Source: Lingula anatina (lineage: Eukaryota > Animalia > Brachiopoda). Taken from it: a stretch of DNA of 64,000 bases. The notes under the pieces were generated by a model. It made no database searches, was not told the origin of the DNA, and was given only the letters and a program-made list of their open reading frames with translations. The stretch is taken from assembly GCA_051362555.1 (NCBI GenBank), contig CM120647.1, positions 11,942,651 to 12,006,650 on the forward strand. The letters run 5' to 3'. Of the stretch, positions 13,720 to 26,732 are shown one piece after another. A program made the position numbers and the translations under genes. How positions within the stretch are numbered: the first letter of the stretch is position 1; every line of letters starts with the position of its first letter.

Positions 13720-16247
13720 AGCAGTGCAGAAATGTGAAAAGGATAAGCCATAAAACACATGTGAATAGCTAGTGAAAGTATCTCTCTGTGGTCCTGGTAG
13801 AGGGTAGAATGATTACTAGCTATAGTGACTATTGCACTAAACGTTTGCCGTATGTGTTGGTGCGGGTGCCACTACAGTATATGAAAAATAACTGGCCCCG
13901 GTAGAAACTCTGGTGATTTTTAACATCCATGACTAAACAGCCACCGTATGGCTTGGTGCTGGTGCCACTATATGAGGTAGCAGTAGATGGGATTGTCCAT
14001 CCTAAGTGACTCGGACACGCTCTCCTTACTACTCTCTGACCACTGGTAGTCTGTTACAAAAATGTTGCCCAAAGTGTGATTTTGTATAATATTTTAGTTT
14101 GCCCTGTTATCACTGGGTACTCATAGCGACCAAGGACTATATGGACTAATACAGACCGACATGCACAGGTATTATTTTGCACGATACATCTCAACTGCCC
14201 TGCTGTATGTGTGTTAACGGTAACTGACCAAAGTGTTTAACAGGTAAACTGTTGATGTTGCTCAAGTGTCTATTCACGCGCAGTCCTACATATGTATGAT
14301 AATGACGCTATTGTTCACAGCAAGGGGTTAACGAGGCATACAGAGGGTCACAAAAGATACTATACGCTGCCCTAAAGCATTTCACACTCAGGTACATATA
14401 TTCAGGTATGGCCATAGGAAGATACCGAGGACCCTCCCTCCCCTCCCCCCCCTTACAAAGGAAATGTAGGGTTCACTTCCACCATTACAATGTACACTGC
14501 ATTGCATTAGAAACAAAAGCAAACTCATCTAATATTCTTGGCCCACAGGAGCACATTTCATTTTAAAAAAGCTTCACATAATTCACCATCTTTTCAAACT
14601 TTTCTTTTCGGAGTCAAAAAATATCTTTCCTCCCCTGTTCTACATGAAAAAATAGTCTCGTGTAAAGTGAAGATCTGCACAAAAGACCCCACCCATCAAC
14701 TTAAGTTCCAATCAAAGCATGATAAAACTCAAACTGACAAGTAATTTACACTTAGGGTATTGGATACGATGCAACCAACCTGTATGATTTTGATCCGCTT
14801 GGCTACCTATGCACGAGATGGGTTGCATTCGAATATATCCATATGACCGAGTGACACAATATACATGGATACATAGTGTCCTAGTAGCAGTAGAGTTAGT
14901 TTTATATGTGTAAATGTTGTTCCTTTATTCATAGCTTACCTTTGGGCCTTTATTCCCTTTACCAGAGACTCTTTTTGATGTCACAAAATCAGCAATTTTG
15001 TAACTAAAAGAATAGCTTGAAAGGCCTCGGGTGGAGATTAGACTCTAAGTTGCCTACAAACAGCATCGTTATAAATTCTCTTATATGTAAAAATAAATGA
15101 GAACCAAAAGAGCACTGGTACTGTGTCCGTAATAATATGATGACCATTCAATAGAAGTGACACATACATTTCTATATATAACATAAGCTATAGCTACTAG
15201 CTATGTATAGTATAGTGTCCTTGTCTGTCCCGTCACAGCTGTTGGCTATTCTACCGGTAGATACCCACACCACATGTATATACCAGTACATAACAAAATA
15301 ACTAACATAAATCTAAGTCCAGTTTCCAAGCTTACGTACACTTCCACATGTACATTGTATGTATAAGTTTACGGGTACGGATATTATAATGTTGTATTCC
15401 TGTATTGCTCATTGTGTTTGTGTTTTTTGAGACATTGTTACTGAAGTGTCTAATCACATGCATCATGCTTAAGTACCAAAATGAATATATAAATAAATGA
15501 ATTAAACAATTGAATAATTGATTGATTATTTGGTTAACTATAACAAGTCAGTAGGAGCCTATTTAAGACAGTTCGCACTTATATCAGCCTGTTAAATAGA
15601 CTGTTATTATAGCTCATTGTATTTGTCGGTCACTGCTGTATCAACTTGCCAACCTCCCCAATATAAAAACAACACAGCACGGCGTCTCTTATATTGACCA
15701 GCTCAATTGACATACCTTAAGCACCGGTGCTATTGACCTTGTTATGATAGAGATATATGTAAGAGCGCCTTGGATACTACAAAATGGGAATCTGTTAAAT
15801 ATGTATATCAATAGACCGTAAATCTTATTAATACCGTAGGCCGAATGTGGGTATAATTCCCTTTCAAGACTAAGACATAATATCATAAATTTCCAATGAA
15901 GTGAAGATATCTGTACCATTAACAGAAAGCCGGGCCATAAGTGTGTCAAGAACTTAAGGGTGTGTAGATTGATAAATGAGTAAATAAAACTCATCGTTAG
16001 ATAGAGGACTTAATAAGCTTACATTGTATCCTACCGGAGGTTATCCGGTGTTAATCTAATCTAATCAAGACACTAATGAGTAAATTAATTAAGTCACCAC
16101 ATCAAGTCGACCCACAGAGGGACATACACCAATATCAAGGTGCCCTATCAATCCGACCCGCCCAATCTGTGGCCCATCTCAGCAGTTAATTAAAGGTAAC
16201 TTCAGATGGCTATCACTCACCTGAGTGTTGTCATGCTTTCGCGACAT
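1334..16247 (-). CDS. Type II transmembrane SEA/LDLa/MAM mosaic protein (enteropeptidase/TTSP-like); partial, 3' end lies left of the window
   Basis: Phase-consistent GT-AG exons: 16221-16247 (MSRKHDNTQ, putative first), 6649-7780 (cytoplasmic tail and [27 protein letters not shown]), 6231-6302 (PT-rich stalk), 5899-6002, 5585-5652, 5144-5310 ([14 protein letters not shown]), 4862-4957 (T-rich linker, less certain), 3934-4059 (LDLa), 3522-3671 and 2871-3224 (MAM: [20 protein letters not shown]), 2300-2407, 1749-1859, 1334-1444 (three LDLa with C..DC.DG.DE..C-type motifs). About 875 codons in window. No protease domain is visible here, so the protease assignment is inference from architecture. 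Confidence 0.88.
11427..11560. mobile_element. TA-flanked MITE, family 4 (TACCCTCTACCAGGGC TIR)
   Basis: TACCCTCTATCAGGGC ... GCCCTGGTAGAGGGTA (15/16 inverted); related copies 13645-13806, 48618-48747 and a single end near 33038. Confidence 0.6.
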
Positions 16248-17762
16248 GGCATGCTGTATGGCAAATCTGCCTCTGTATAACCTTCCGTTAAAAACAGTCT
16301 CTCTTTAAACTTGTCTCAACTCAGGTGTCTCTCTATCTCTTTTCACAGGTGTGCTGGTGTTGAACGTTCTCCGATTAAGTGAGTCAGGTATTAAATCTAG
16401 GTCAGCGTTCACTGAGACATACCTGTGTGTTGGGCCGTGAATGACAGCTCAAGGGTCAACAAAGCGTCGATGAATAAACACAGCTTTGTTAGGACAGGTG
16501 AAAACGACTACGTCACGGGGAACAGGTGACCGCCCCTTACAGAGCGTGTCAAAAATCTGCGGACAAGATTAAAGATGGACACCTGAACATTTTCACCTGC
16601 ATAAATTGATTTAAGGGCGGCAAATGCTTAGAGCAAGTCTTTTTCCTCAGGTTTATTCAAAGGAAGATGATGTACTGCGGGTGAAAAAGATTCTAAGATT
16701 TCTTTAACAGGGTAATTTTATCAAAGTAGTAACAGGTTTGCTCGTGAATTGAACTTGTACTGCGCTGGACATGACGCCTGTTTATGTTCTTCAGTTTTCT
16801 TTAGTAGTCTATTTGTGTTTCATTTGAGACAAATTGATCGGGGTAAATTGGTGTATGGTACAAATCACTCAAGGTTAAGTATTTACCAATCAGTAAAAAT
16901 CTTCGTGCATTTTTTATGGGCGAGGTTAACTTCGTTATTGACATACTTCTTACTACCCCTGTAATCGACCTGGAGGCCATGTTGATATGCAAATAATCTT
17001 GTGACAGGGAGTGGCTCTCGACGAATATGCCTTATATGGACAAGGAGGTGTGGCTATTGGTGACGTCACTTCCAGCTTCAGAATAGGTGCTGATAGTTAA
17101 ATGCACATATAATTAATGACGCGATTTCGTCTTTGAAATAGGAATCATTTATAGGAAATAATATTCGCTTAGACATTCTTTTGACTGAGAACGGAAAAAT
17201 TGTATACTCATAATGTGGTTTCATTCAGTAAATATATTTTTCGTGACGTTATTTACCGATAAAAAAGCATACATGTATGTCAGTTAGCATATTTAGACAG
17301 ATAATAATAGTACATTAATCAACTGAAGACATGTTCCGTTTAATCATGTCATAAATATATCAAGATTCCGGAAGACATTTAGGGGTATCCCCTTTGTTTG
17401 ATGGTATTTATAACCGAATTTTTGACATATTTGGGGTCGTTGGTCGTTGATGACAAACTCACTGTGTAACATTAAGTCCTACAAAAGAGAAGTTGGTTTT
17501 CGTGGATCTACATGTATGAGTTCAGTCTTTGTTGTTGCAGCGCTGTCACATGCTAGGAGGTCTAGTAAACAACAATAAAATCTGTTAATTACGTGTACTG
17601 TAAACTGAGAATTTGATTTACAGAGAATTGATTAATGTTTGGAATAAGGGGATAGTTCTGTAAGTTTAAAGCATATGTTTTTTTTTCTTTTTCTGGTTTT
17701 CATTTTAGAATAAGTAACTGAAACATTTGACTTTTTATCTCCTTCCCCTCCACCCTCTCCAC

Positions 17763-17776
17763 CTCTCTCTCTCTCT

Positions 17777-17844
<68 letters not shown>
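17763..17844. repeat. (CT)n microsatellite
   Basis: Direct reading; another (CT)n at 10727-10758. Confidence 0.95.
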
Positions 17845-17849
<5 letters not shown>

Positions 17850-20688
17850 TACAAATAAATTAAATAATATACAACAAGGAATAAGAAAATATAAGTTGTT
17901 CAGGTGTTATGGGGTTGCATGTGGAGCCCTTGATCCAACCTGACTTTGTATTGCAGTTATTTACGCCTAAATACATCTTTTCTATGTCTCACATTACAAA
18001 AAATAAATTAAGATTTCCTACGAATGTTAAGCTAACATGTCAAAGTCATGCGCCACCTCTTAAAGTGACTACAGAACAATGAAATATCCGGAGGTCATAT
18101 ATTTTGTGAAGAATTGTCATGGCATTAACTTGTCGTCCGTTTATGTCATTGTGTCAGGTGTGACAACACCAAGGCTTCTCTACCACACTCGTTATCCTTC
18201 TCCCTTTATAAAACCGTGTATTCGGTTGTGCTTGTGGATTATACCTTTCAACTGCTTATTGAAATACTTTATATTTGAAATGACTCAGAATTTGAAACTT
18301 AACAACGGGTTTATAGTTTTGTAAATAATTTGGGTTATGGCATAGCTTGTTAAATAAAGTAAAAGTTTTGGAAATCAAAGAAGAATCCATCAAATTGCTA
18401 TAGAAATGCCTATATAACGCTCATTTTGTGTCTGTAGTCCTCAAACCTATAACATATTCCCCACCCAATGATACAGCCCAGATACGGGCCTCAAGCCTGT
18501 GTGCCTTAAACTGGTTAACGCATGGAATATTAAAAATGTGAGTCGAATGTGGAGCAATATCAATCAAAATTTGAACACATATTGATCAATCAATTAATCA
18601 AGGTACAGCCTGGCTGATCTGATGCAAGAACGGTAAACATGTTTTTGTTTATGTTTTCGGCCATCCTCTTTGCGTTTTCCAAGGAACCAAATGCGCCTTT
18701 CACCGTTCGCTCCCAGCTGCACCTTGGGCTGCAGATATCAACCCGGGATTGCACAAAGTTTCAACTTTCGACAGGTCTATAATATCATGTGTTGTACGAC
18801 ACAGCAAATGCTATACCGGGCCCGTAATACCCGTGGTTTACTACTAAACATAAGTTTCAGTGACGAAAGCGTGATCAAGTCATCAAACATAAAAATTCCT
18901 GAAGATTTCATGAGTACATGTACCCTATAGTTCTACGCCGTGTTTATTAATTTATCTTTGCAGCAATACAGCAAATGCTAGCAAATTGAGCATGACAAAC
19001 ACGTTTTACATAGAATCCCACGTTTATTAATTCATCATTCAATAAAAAGTACAATTGCATAATATAACATTTATGATAAGCACACGCAACGTAATGAAAA
19101 CACCTTCACAACCTTAAGCTAATGGCAGAAGTCACATAAGCTATAAGAATATAGCTATAGGCAAATCCACGTATTACAAGTATTGAGTAGAATACACACT
19201 TACATTAAGAATATGGAACTATTCACAACAATCAATAAACACGGAAAAAATTATAATGCCCCGATGATATTACGCAAGCTTTTAAGGAGATGACCCTACT
19301 TATGACCAAGCCATGCACTGTGACAACGAATTTTAGTTTACAATGAATAATTTCTGTATCGTAAATGATTTAAATGCCAAAATCAGAAAAAAAACATATT
19401 TTTTGCAATTTAAAATTAACGTGAGTGAGGTTAAAGGTGAAGATCACCATCTCTTATGACGTCATCAGATACCTTATCCTGATTTTGTTATTCATGCCAT
19501 AGGTGTACACGTAATACAAGGACAATACGCGCAGTAACATTAAACGTTAATATAAATCTGAATCAATCAATAAATCAGTACAATATATATTTGATAAATA
19601 ACATGTACCCGTTATTAAAACATCAATAAAAGTAACATCGATCAAATTTAACACACGGAATGTAAAATGAATTAATTAACAATTTAATACAGTTACACGA
19701 GGAAGAGATCTTGAGGACCGTGAATCATTAATAAAAAGGCGAAGCATGTTTTAATTAAAACACTGTTTTCACTATTCAGCATTTTAAAGACCACTTGGGC
19801 ATCCAGCAGTAGTAAAATTCAATAAAATCAGTAAAGAAAGCGGTTTTACCCGACTTTATTCTATATTCATCACATATATGACGAGCATGCGCACTAAACC
19901 AGGCCAAATTGCCTGTTAATTATAAAATAAAAAAAAAATCACCATGTGAACAACCAGCATACCCAACCGGACCCAGAGGAGTTAAGCCTAACCCGACTAG
20001 GCTTCCGAGGATTGATTTTGTTCTCTTGGGTTACGTATACAATTAGGATCCAGGCACTACCCATGTACTAGTCCAGGTTGGCCAATTCACTAAGGAACCA
20101 CCTGGTCTCCGTAGCTGAGCCACACTGGGACCCAGTCAGTAACCCATATTGACTGCGTGAGGACCCCGAACAGGCGTACTAGCAGGGTTAAAAAACAGCA
20201 AGCTGGCAAATGCACAGATAATAGAAAAAAAGCACAACAATGTTAGATGCAGGCATTCGGATAGCAAGAAATACACACATTGCAGTGAATTATCAAGCGC
20301 TTAAACAGTGCGTCCCTTTCAGAAATTTTCTATTAGGTCTTACAGGACGCTCTAAAGGACGCTCTAAAGGAAACCGGCCCAAAACAGTGCATGCGGCTAC
20401 TGGGTTGACAGATGCAAACAAAGCTTATATCCCTGGTTTCAGCTTATTTGTGCTTTTTTTTTCAAAATAACAAAAAATGAATTAACAGACTGATTACTAT
20501 TTCATGAGAAAAACAGTTGGAAAATTGGAAAAAGAGATAACGGTACACCATCATCATACATGTATAACAACCCCACTTGAGGTTACCATAGGGAATGGTA
20601 AACAAACTTATCTGCGCTTAAAATATACATTGTGCCAGAATAAATTAATCAAAAGTACATTGGTATCAGAGAGAAGTTAACATCTACT

Positions 20689-21037
20689 TTAAATGTACAC
20701 TCCATGCGATCTGCCCGCCAAAATGTTTTTCCCGGAAAAATAAGCAATTTTTTCGTACTCAAGAACCAAAAATCTATCCCTCTCTGCACTTAGATTCGAC
20801 CTTTGATACAATTTATAAAGGTTGATTTTAGTTTAAAATGACTGACCAGTGATTATAACAGCGACAATTTCCTATAGAAATTTTCAAGTTCCAATAGAAA
20901 TATCAGGTACGCTCCATAATAAAACACATTAAAGGGGATAATTAATTCCTAATGTGTATGTGAGGTTTTATAAGAAGCTGTGGGTGGCAAAAATAAGCAT
21001 TTTGGGGATTTTCAAACACCTGGAGTGTACATTTTAA
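20689..21037. mobile_element. TTAA-flanked MITE (Kolobok-like)
   Basis: TTAA-ATGTACACTCCA ... TGGAGTGTACATT-TTAA. Confidence 0.5.
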
Positions 21038-21571
21038 TAACATTTATACGTATCATAAATTTATATGAAAGCAGCAGCTTTAAATAATCTCCCAGAATAC
21101 CGTGCTATTGTTATTTCCGGCTTCCTTTTGAATAATTTAGGAGAAAAGTCTTAAGCCATTCTACGATTGAGTTCGTTATCAGGATGCTGAAAAGAGCACT
21201 GAGGAAAGGAAATTTGTGTGTTTTTTAAGGTTTTTGGATTCCACCTTCCAAAAATTCGGAAAGCCACCAAACGCAGTACAAAGGCAAGATGGCGATTTAG
21301 CATTTTTATTATATCAAACACGCAGATGCTATAATCTCCTCAAATTGAAAAATGTGGACAGCAATGATTACCACTGGTTGCCATAGACACAACCTCCTGT
21401 TCTCGTTCGAACGAGATTCAGTACTTCACTGAGTAAAGTAAGGCCCAAGCTTATGATCTCGTTCGAGCGAGATCTCCTTCCTCAAGGTGCTAATCAATCA
21501 TAACGTCATGCATAGAACAGTGAGATGCCCGTGCGAGAGTTTCTGTTCGCGCGAGACTTTCTTTGCCGGAA

Positions 21572-24500
21572 TCACTTATGGCCTGGATTGTCCATCATCC
21601 GGACGAATTCTGAAAAAGAAACGGATTGTTTTCATTGACACATGTAGAGCCGGTGTAACGAAAGTGAGGGTTCGTGTAACAGAAAGTCCGCCCTCCATAT
21701 AGTTATAATGGTTAGGGTTAGTCTGACCTAAGCAGGTCAAAATCCTGAACAAATGAATGGGAGGCGGACTCTGTTATGGGGGACTCTCTTTCACGTTACA
21801 CCGGCATGCTGATTACGAATCAATTTCATGAAGTCGTCGGTCCCTTTACGTTAATGAAGGTGTGGTAATTAATATAGGGGCCCATACAAAATTTATCGTA
21901 CATGTAGGCTTAGTAGTAGCACTACATGTTGTACATCGAGCCACAAGGCAAATCATAAAACCTGAACTAGCATGTAATCGAAACAGATCACGCAAGGCCC
22001 GAAAAAAATTGGGGAGTTGTCTAACGAATGGCGACTCGCTCTAAACACGGTCGGTAGACGAAATGTATTTATCTTCATGTTTTTTAAACAAACAGTGTTT
22101 TACATGCATTGCAACTAAATGTAAGGACACTTTTTTAGTAAAAAAGGGCTAAAATGTGATAACCACGTATTCTAGATCGGTCGCGGTCGACAACGTACTT
22201 TTCACTTTTGACTGGTCTCACTGTGTAAAGGTCATTTCTGACATATTTAGCGATTCTTCAGTAGCCCTCAAACGTTTTTACAAAGGACAATTCGACTGCA
22301 AACAGATCTTACCGGTACCTTACTTTAAAGATACAAAAAGTCTCGCTTTGTTTCAATTTTGACCCAAAATAAAACCGTGGTAGTCTTCAAATGTATAGTA
22401 AGTATTGTTCTCAAATATAAGCAATGGCTTACTCCATTAATTAATCTCCTATGATTAAAGTGCAATTCTCCGTTTGATTTGACTATAGCTGGTTTATTAA
22501 AGGTGAGAGTAGAATAATTTTACCTTTAAAGTTAATACCAAGTTACAGTCTAAAATTCTTCTGCGAAACCAGGATTTTAAAACACGAGTAACAGAGACCT
22601 GCTGTGTGTGTGTTTTATCGATCGCTTTGGCATGATACACTTAACATTAACACAGTGCATCACAGTTAAACTCCGCTCTCATCAATCGCAAATTTCTCTC
22701 TGAAACTGTGCATTATTCATCATGAACCTTTCATTTGTGGATTAATGCTATTCATATTTTCTGACTGACTGAATTTACAGCGTTTCGATTGTCGTCCAGA
22801 CGCACATTGGCGTTGATGGTTTTCTTTTATAATAAAATGTATTTGGCCATTGATTCCACTTATTTTGCGGCAGAGACAGAGATTATCTTTACGTTTAGGC
22901 CCTTTACTTAAATGAAATATGTATGGCCAGCCAATATTTCGACTTCAGAATCTACCTAACTTTATTTAAATATATATTGTTAATTATATATTTTTTTCCC
23001 TAGTGCATGACGTTTATTAAACATCAATATAAATTCACTCCTAACACTCGTATGACAACATTTTCAAGCAGGTAGCAGGGACGGCCAGCGACCCGTCCTC
23101 CTTAACAGGATTGAATACTAAATAACATGTATTCTCACCTGCAGATTTACCTGGATAATAGGCTCATCCTTTAACTTGGCCTATAATTTTTATAATATTG
23201 CCGTGTTAATTTTGCACACTGCCATCCCATCCACTGAGAGGAGAGAAGTGTTCTACCCAAAACCCACACACACCTCTGCCACCCACAGTGTTACACCTTC
23301 CATACAGGACCGTTCAACAGTCCGAAGGTTCATTGGTCCGAATGTTCACTATAGAACCTTCGGACCAATGAACCCCTTGATTAAAAAAACTGATGAAAAT
23401 GTCACCATTTTTCGGACCAATGAACCTTCGGACTATCGAGACGCCCCCACCGTAGCCAACATTTTTAAAGGGGAAGTGGTTCTTTTTCTGAAGAAGTGGG
23501 CCTTTTTTCATGAAACCTTCATGTGCCCTTATCAGACTGCAAGGAGATGCATACGAACCCCCTGAAAAGCCCCGCCTACACACCTCCTACAGGCCTGCGA
23601 TAGATGGCATTTTACCCAAGACACGCTTACCTTCGTAATTCACCTGCCCGTCACCGTCCACGTCGGCCTCCTGGATCATCTGTTTGATCTCTTCGTCTGT
23701 TAACTTCTCCCCCAGGCTGGCCATTACGTTCCGGAGCTCCTCAGCGCTAATGAAGCCGTTCCCGTCCTTGTCAAACAGCCGGAACGCCTGCAACAATTCT
23801 TCCTTGCTAGACTGTTTCGATTTACTCATCATCTTGATGAATTCATCGAAGTCAATTGTACCGTTTCCTGCAATATTTAAATGATTTAAATCATTCGTTG
23901 GCAGATACAGATCAATATAATGTTACCCTTCTCGTGTTTATTTGAATCTGTTTGATTTTAATGCCAGTAGACTACTATTATATCTTTGTCTTGCACAATG
24001 TTAACAAATTTTAATCAGGTTGTCGAGAAAGTTTTAAAAACAGTTCCAGCGGAAAGACAAATCATCCTTTTAGTTAAGCAAATGTCCTGAGTCGCTTGTT
24101 TCAAACGTAAAACGCATTTCCCTTGCAACACAACAGGGAATAGTCAAATAAGCTTCCAAATCAACTTAGTTTTTGCTTTCATGTGCGTGCGCCCAACTAA
24201 ATTACGAGAAGACAGACAATAAGATAGCACACAGCTGGATAGGAATGTGCAAATAATTAAAGATTAAGACAAATGCGTCTATTGAATGTTTTAGTCGCAT
24301 GTTGAATTTGCACTGCAGCGTACTGACAAGATATCTTCCGACATCAATAGGCTATGGGCAACGGTCGAAATCTCTTGTTAAAATAAGGTGTCACCAATTT
24401 CAGACTTAGGTACCAGTTTCCATACTCTAAAATACATTTCTAGTCAGGGTTCAGAATATAAGGGACCATTCCCACAGATATTTAGATAGATCTATCTCCC

Positions 24501-24744
24501 TGGGGAGTCTCACAAGTCAACTTAGCCGGCTTTAATGTCTGTCACGCCTAGTAAAGCTGCTAGGGGGTAATTATCTTTTCCCCTTAGCTGATTTGATAGG
24601 CGTGACAGATATTTAAGCCGGTTAGTTGATAACAATTAGTGAGACTTCCCAGGGAGTTAGATCGATCCAGATGGATCGATCTGTGTATGGGAACCCAGTC
24701 TAAGTCAGATGGGTTTAACCCTTCATTAATTTATTAATCCTATT

Positions 24745-24828
<84 letters not shown>

Positions 24829-26698
24829 GTATGTATGTATTGTAATAGGGGGCAACAAGCAGTTTTTGAGTGAGGGGCGTCCCCTATCCACAACTTGCCT
24901 ACAGGAGCCCCCCTTCACACACACACACGCACACAGACACCGTCTTCCCCTTGTATCCGCGTGTCAGTCAGCATTTGTATACTTGACTCACTGAAATAAA
25001 ATACCATCACACGCCTGTCAATGCTAAAGAAGAACACTGTTTCCTCCACCTGTAAGTCTTAATCTGTCATACCTTGTAGTCTGTATTGACAGTGGGAGTA
25101 GGGAACAAATACGGAATGATAACATTGCCATTGATAGGACTAGGGTCAGGGAGGGTGTGTAAATACCCCACTCCCTCCGGGGATGTAAGAAAACGACTTT
25201 TCTGTTGTATGCTTACAATATGATCTAATACTGAGAATACCGTGTTGCGAAATGTAACGGAATCTGATGAATTATGCATTTATTGCATTATGTACTATTA
25301 CGAATACTATACTGTATTCTGAATGACATGTACACGCATCAACGCATACATACCGTGTTTAACTATTTTTATACGTAGTTGTAACAGCTAGGGCAAATAA
25401 AGATAGCCCTTATTTTAAAAAAATACGTTTTTAAATCTTATTTTTATCATTTAAAAAGTTTTAAGAAGTCCGATGACCCATTCATAGAATTTTGAAATTA
25501 TCCAAAAATATGGTAATATAGTTCATTAGTCTTATCACATACCATCAGCGTCCACTTCGTTGACCATGTCTCTAAGGTCGTCATCTGTGGGGTTCTGACC
25601 AAGACTGCGCATGACCGTCCCCAGTTCCGCTGACGTAATCCGACCGTCGCCATCTTTGTCAAAGAGTCCAAACGCTTCCTTGAACTCTGAATTACAAAAC
25701 AAGATACAATGTAGTAAGGTCAGAATTAGAATTAAAGCAAGGTAATCATAATCTGGTTACAAAGCAGTGTTATGTGCAAAACTGTTTCCAGTCCCGGTGA
25801 CGCAATCAGACCATCGCCATTTTCATTAAATTTATGTTGCGTTGTGGATGAAAGAGAACACATGCAAGATAAAGATATGAACAACTTAAAACGGTTCAAT
25901 AAAACCAGATACAAAGGCTAAAACATGGCAACTAAAGATAACGCTTTATCGAGCCCCAATCTATCGGCAAACTTCCCCGCATTTCCCGGCAGACCTTAAT
26001 GGAGTTTCCGCGTCCTTGGGGAACTCATACTACAGCCAGCCAGTGCTGAGCAGCTGTAACATTAGTGTAGCAGATGAGTGAGGGTGGTGGCTAATTGGCC
26101 TTTACCCACACCTGCTATATAGCAAATATCTACCCCCTGGGATTAGTGTTCAAATGTGCTCTTCTTGCTACTTATTTGGTCTATCCCGTACATTGCTTAC
26201 GGTAGCGGAATCAAAGAACCCCCCAGGGGAAATGCCCGCAAGAATGGATCTCGTTGCCACTTTTCCCGCAAGTGGCTTTTTCCGTTTTTAACCAATTTAG
26301 ATTCTTCCTTAACAAAATGATGAATTAATCATGTTGCCTATTAAGGAAAGAAGAGAGATCCTTCGTTGCACACGCTGGGATCCCGAGAGACAATTAAAGC
26401 TACCAATATAAAGTACACTAAGCACCATAAAACAAAAGGCACCCCCTTGCTCCTCTCCACTCGAAAGAATTGTGTTTCCATGCAAGCCTATCATCGGCGT
26501 ATCGACCGCATGAAGCGGCATTAAAAGCCCTTAACGTACGTTTTGTCATCTCAAAAGTGCCCCTTTTAATGAATATTTGACAACTGTTTTGTTAGGTCAC
26601 ACAAAAATTTTGGTGGCATGCTGTTAAAGTAGCCTTTAGAATCTATTTGAATGGTCAAAGAGTTCAACAATAAATTTGCATCACCCAGAAGTCTTCAT

Positions 26699-26732
<34 letters not shown>

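Noticed and set aside
21710-21722. Telomeric repeat GGTTAGGGTTAG
   Set aside because: Only two units, inside a MITE.
26010-26180. Possible ancient SINE core fragments (also 10500-10660 and 33160-33370)
   Set aside because: Only vague resemblance, no A/B boxes or second copy in the window; needs a Dfam search.
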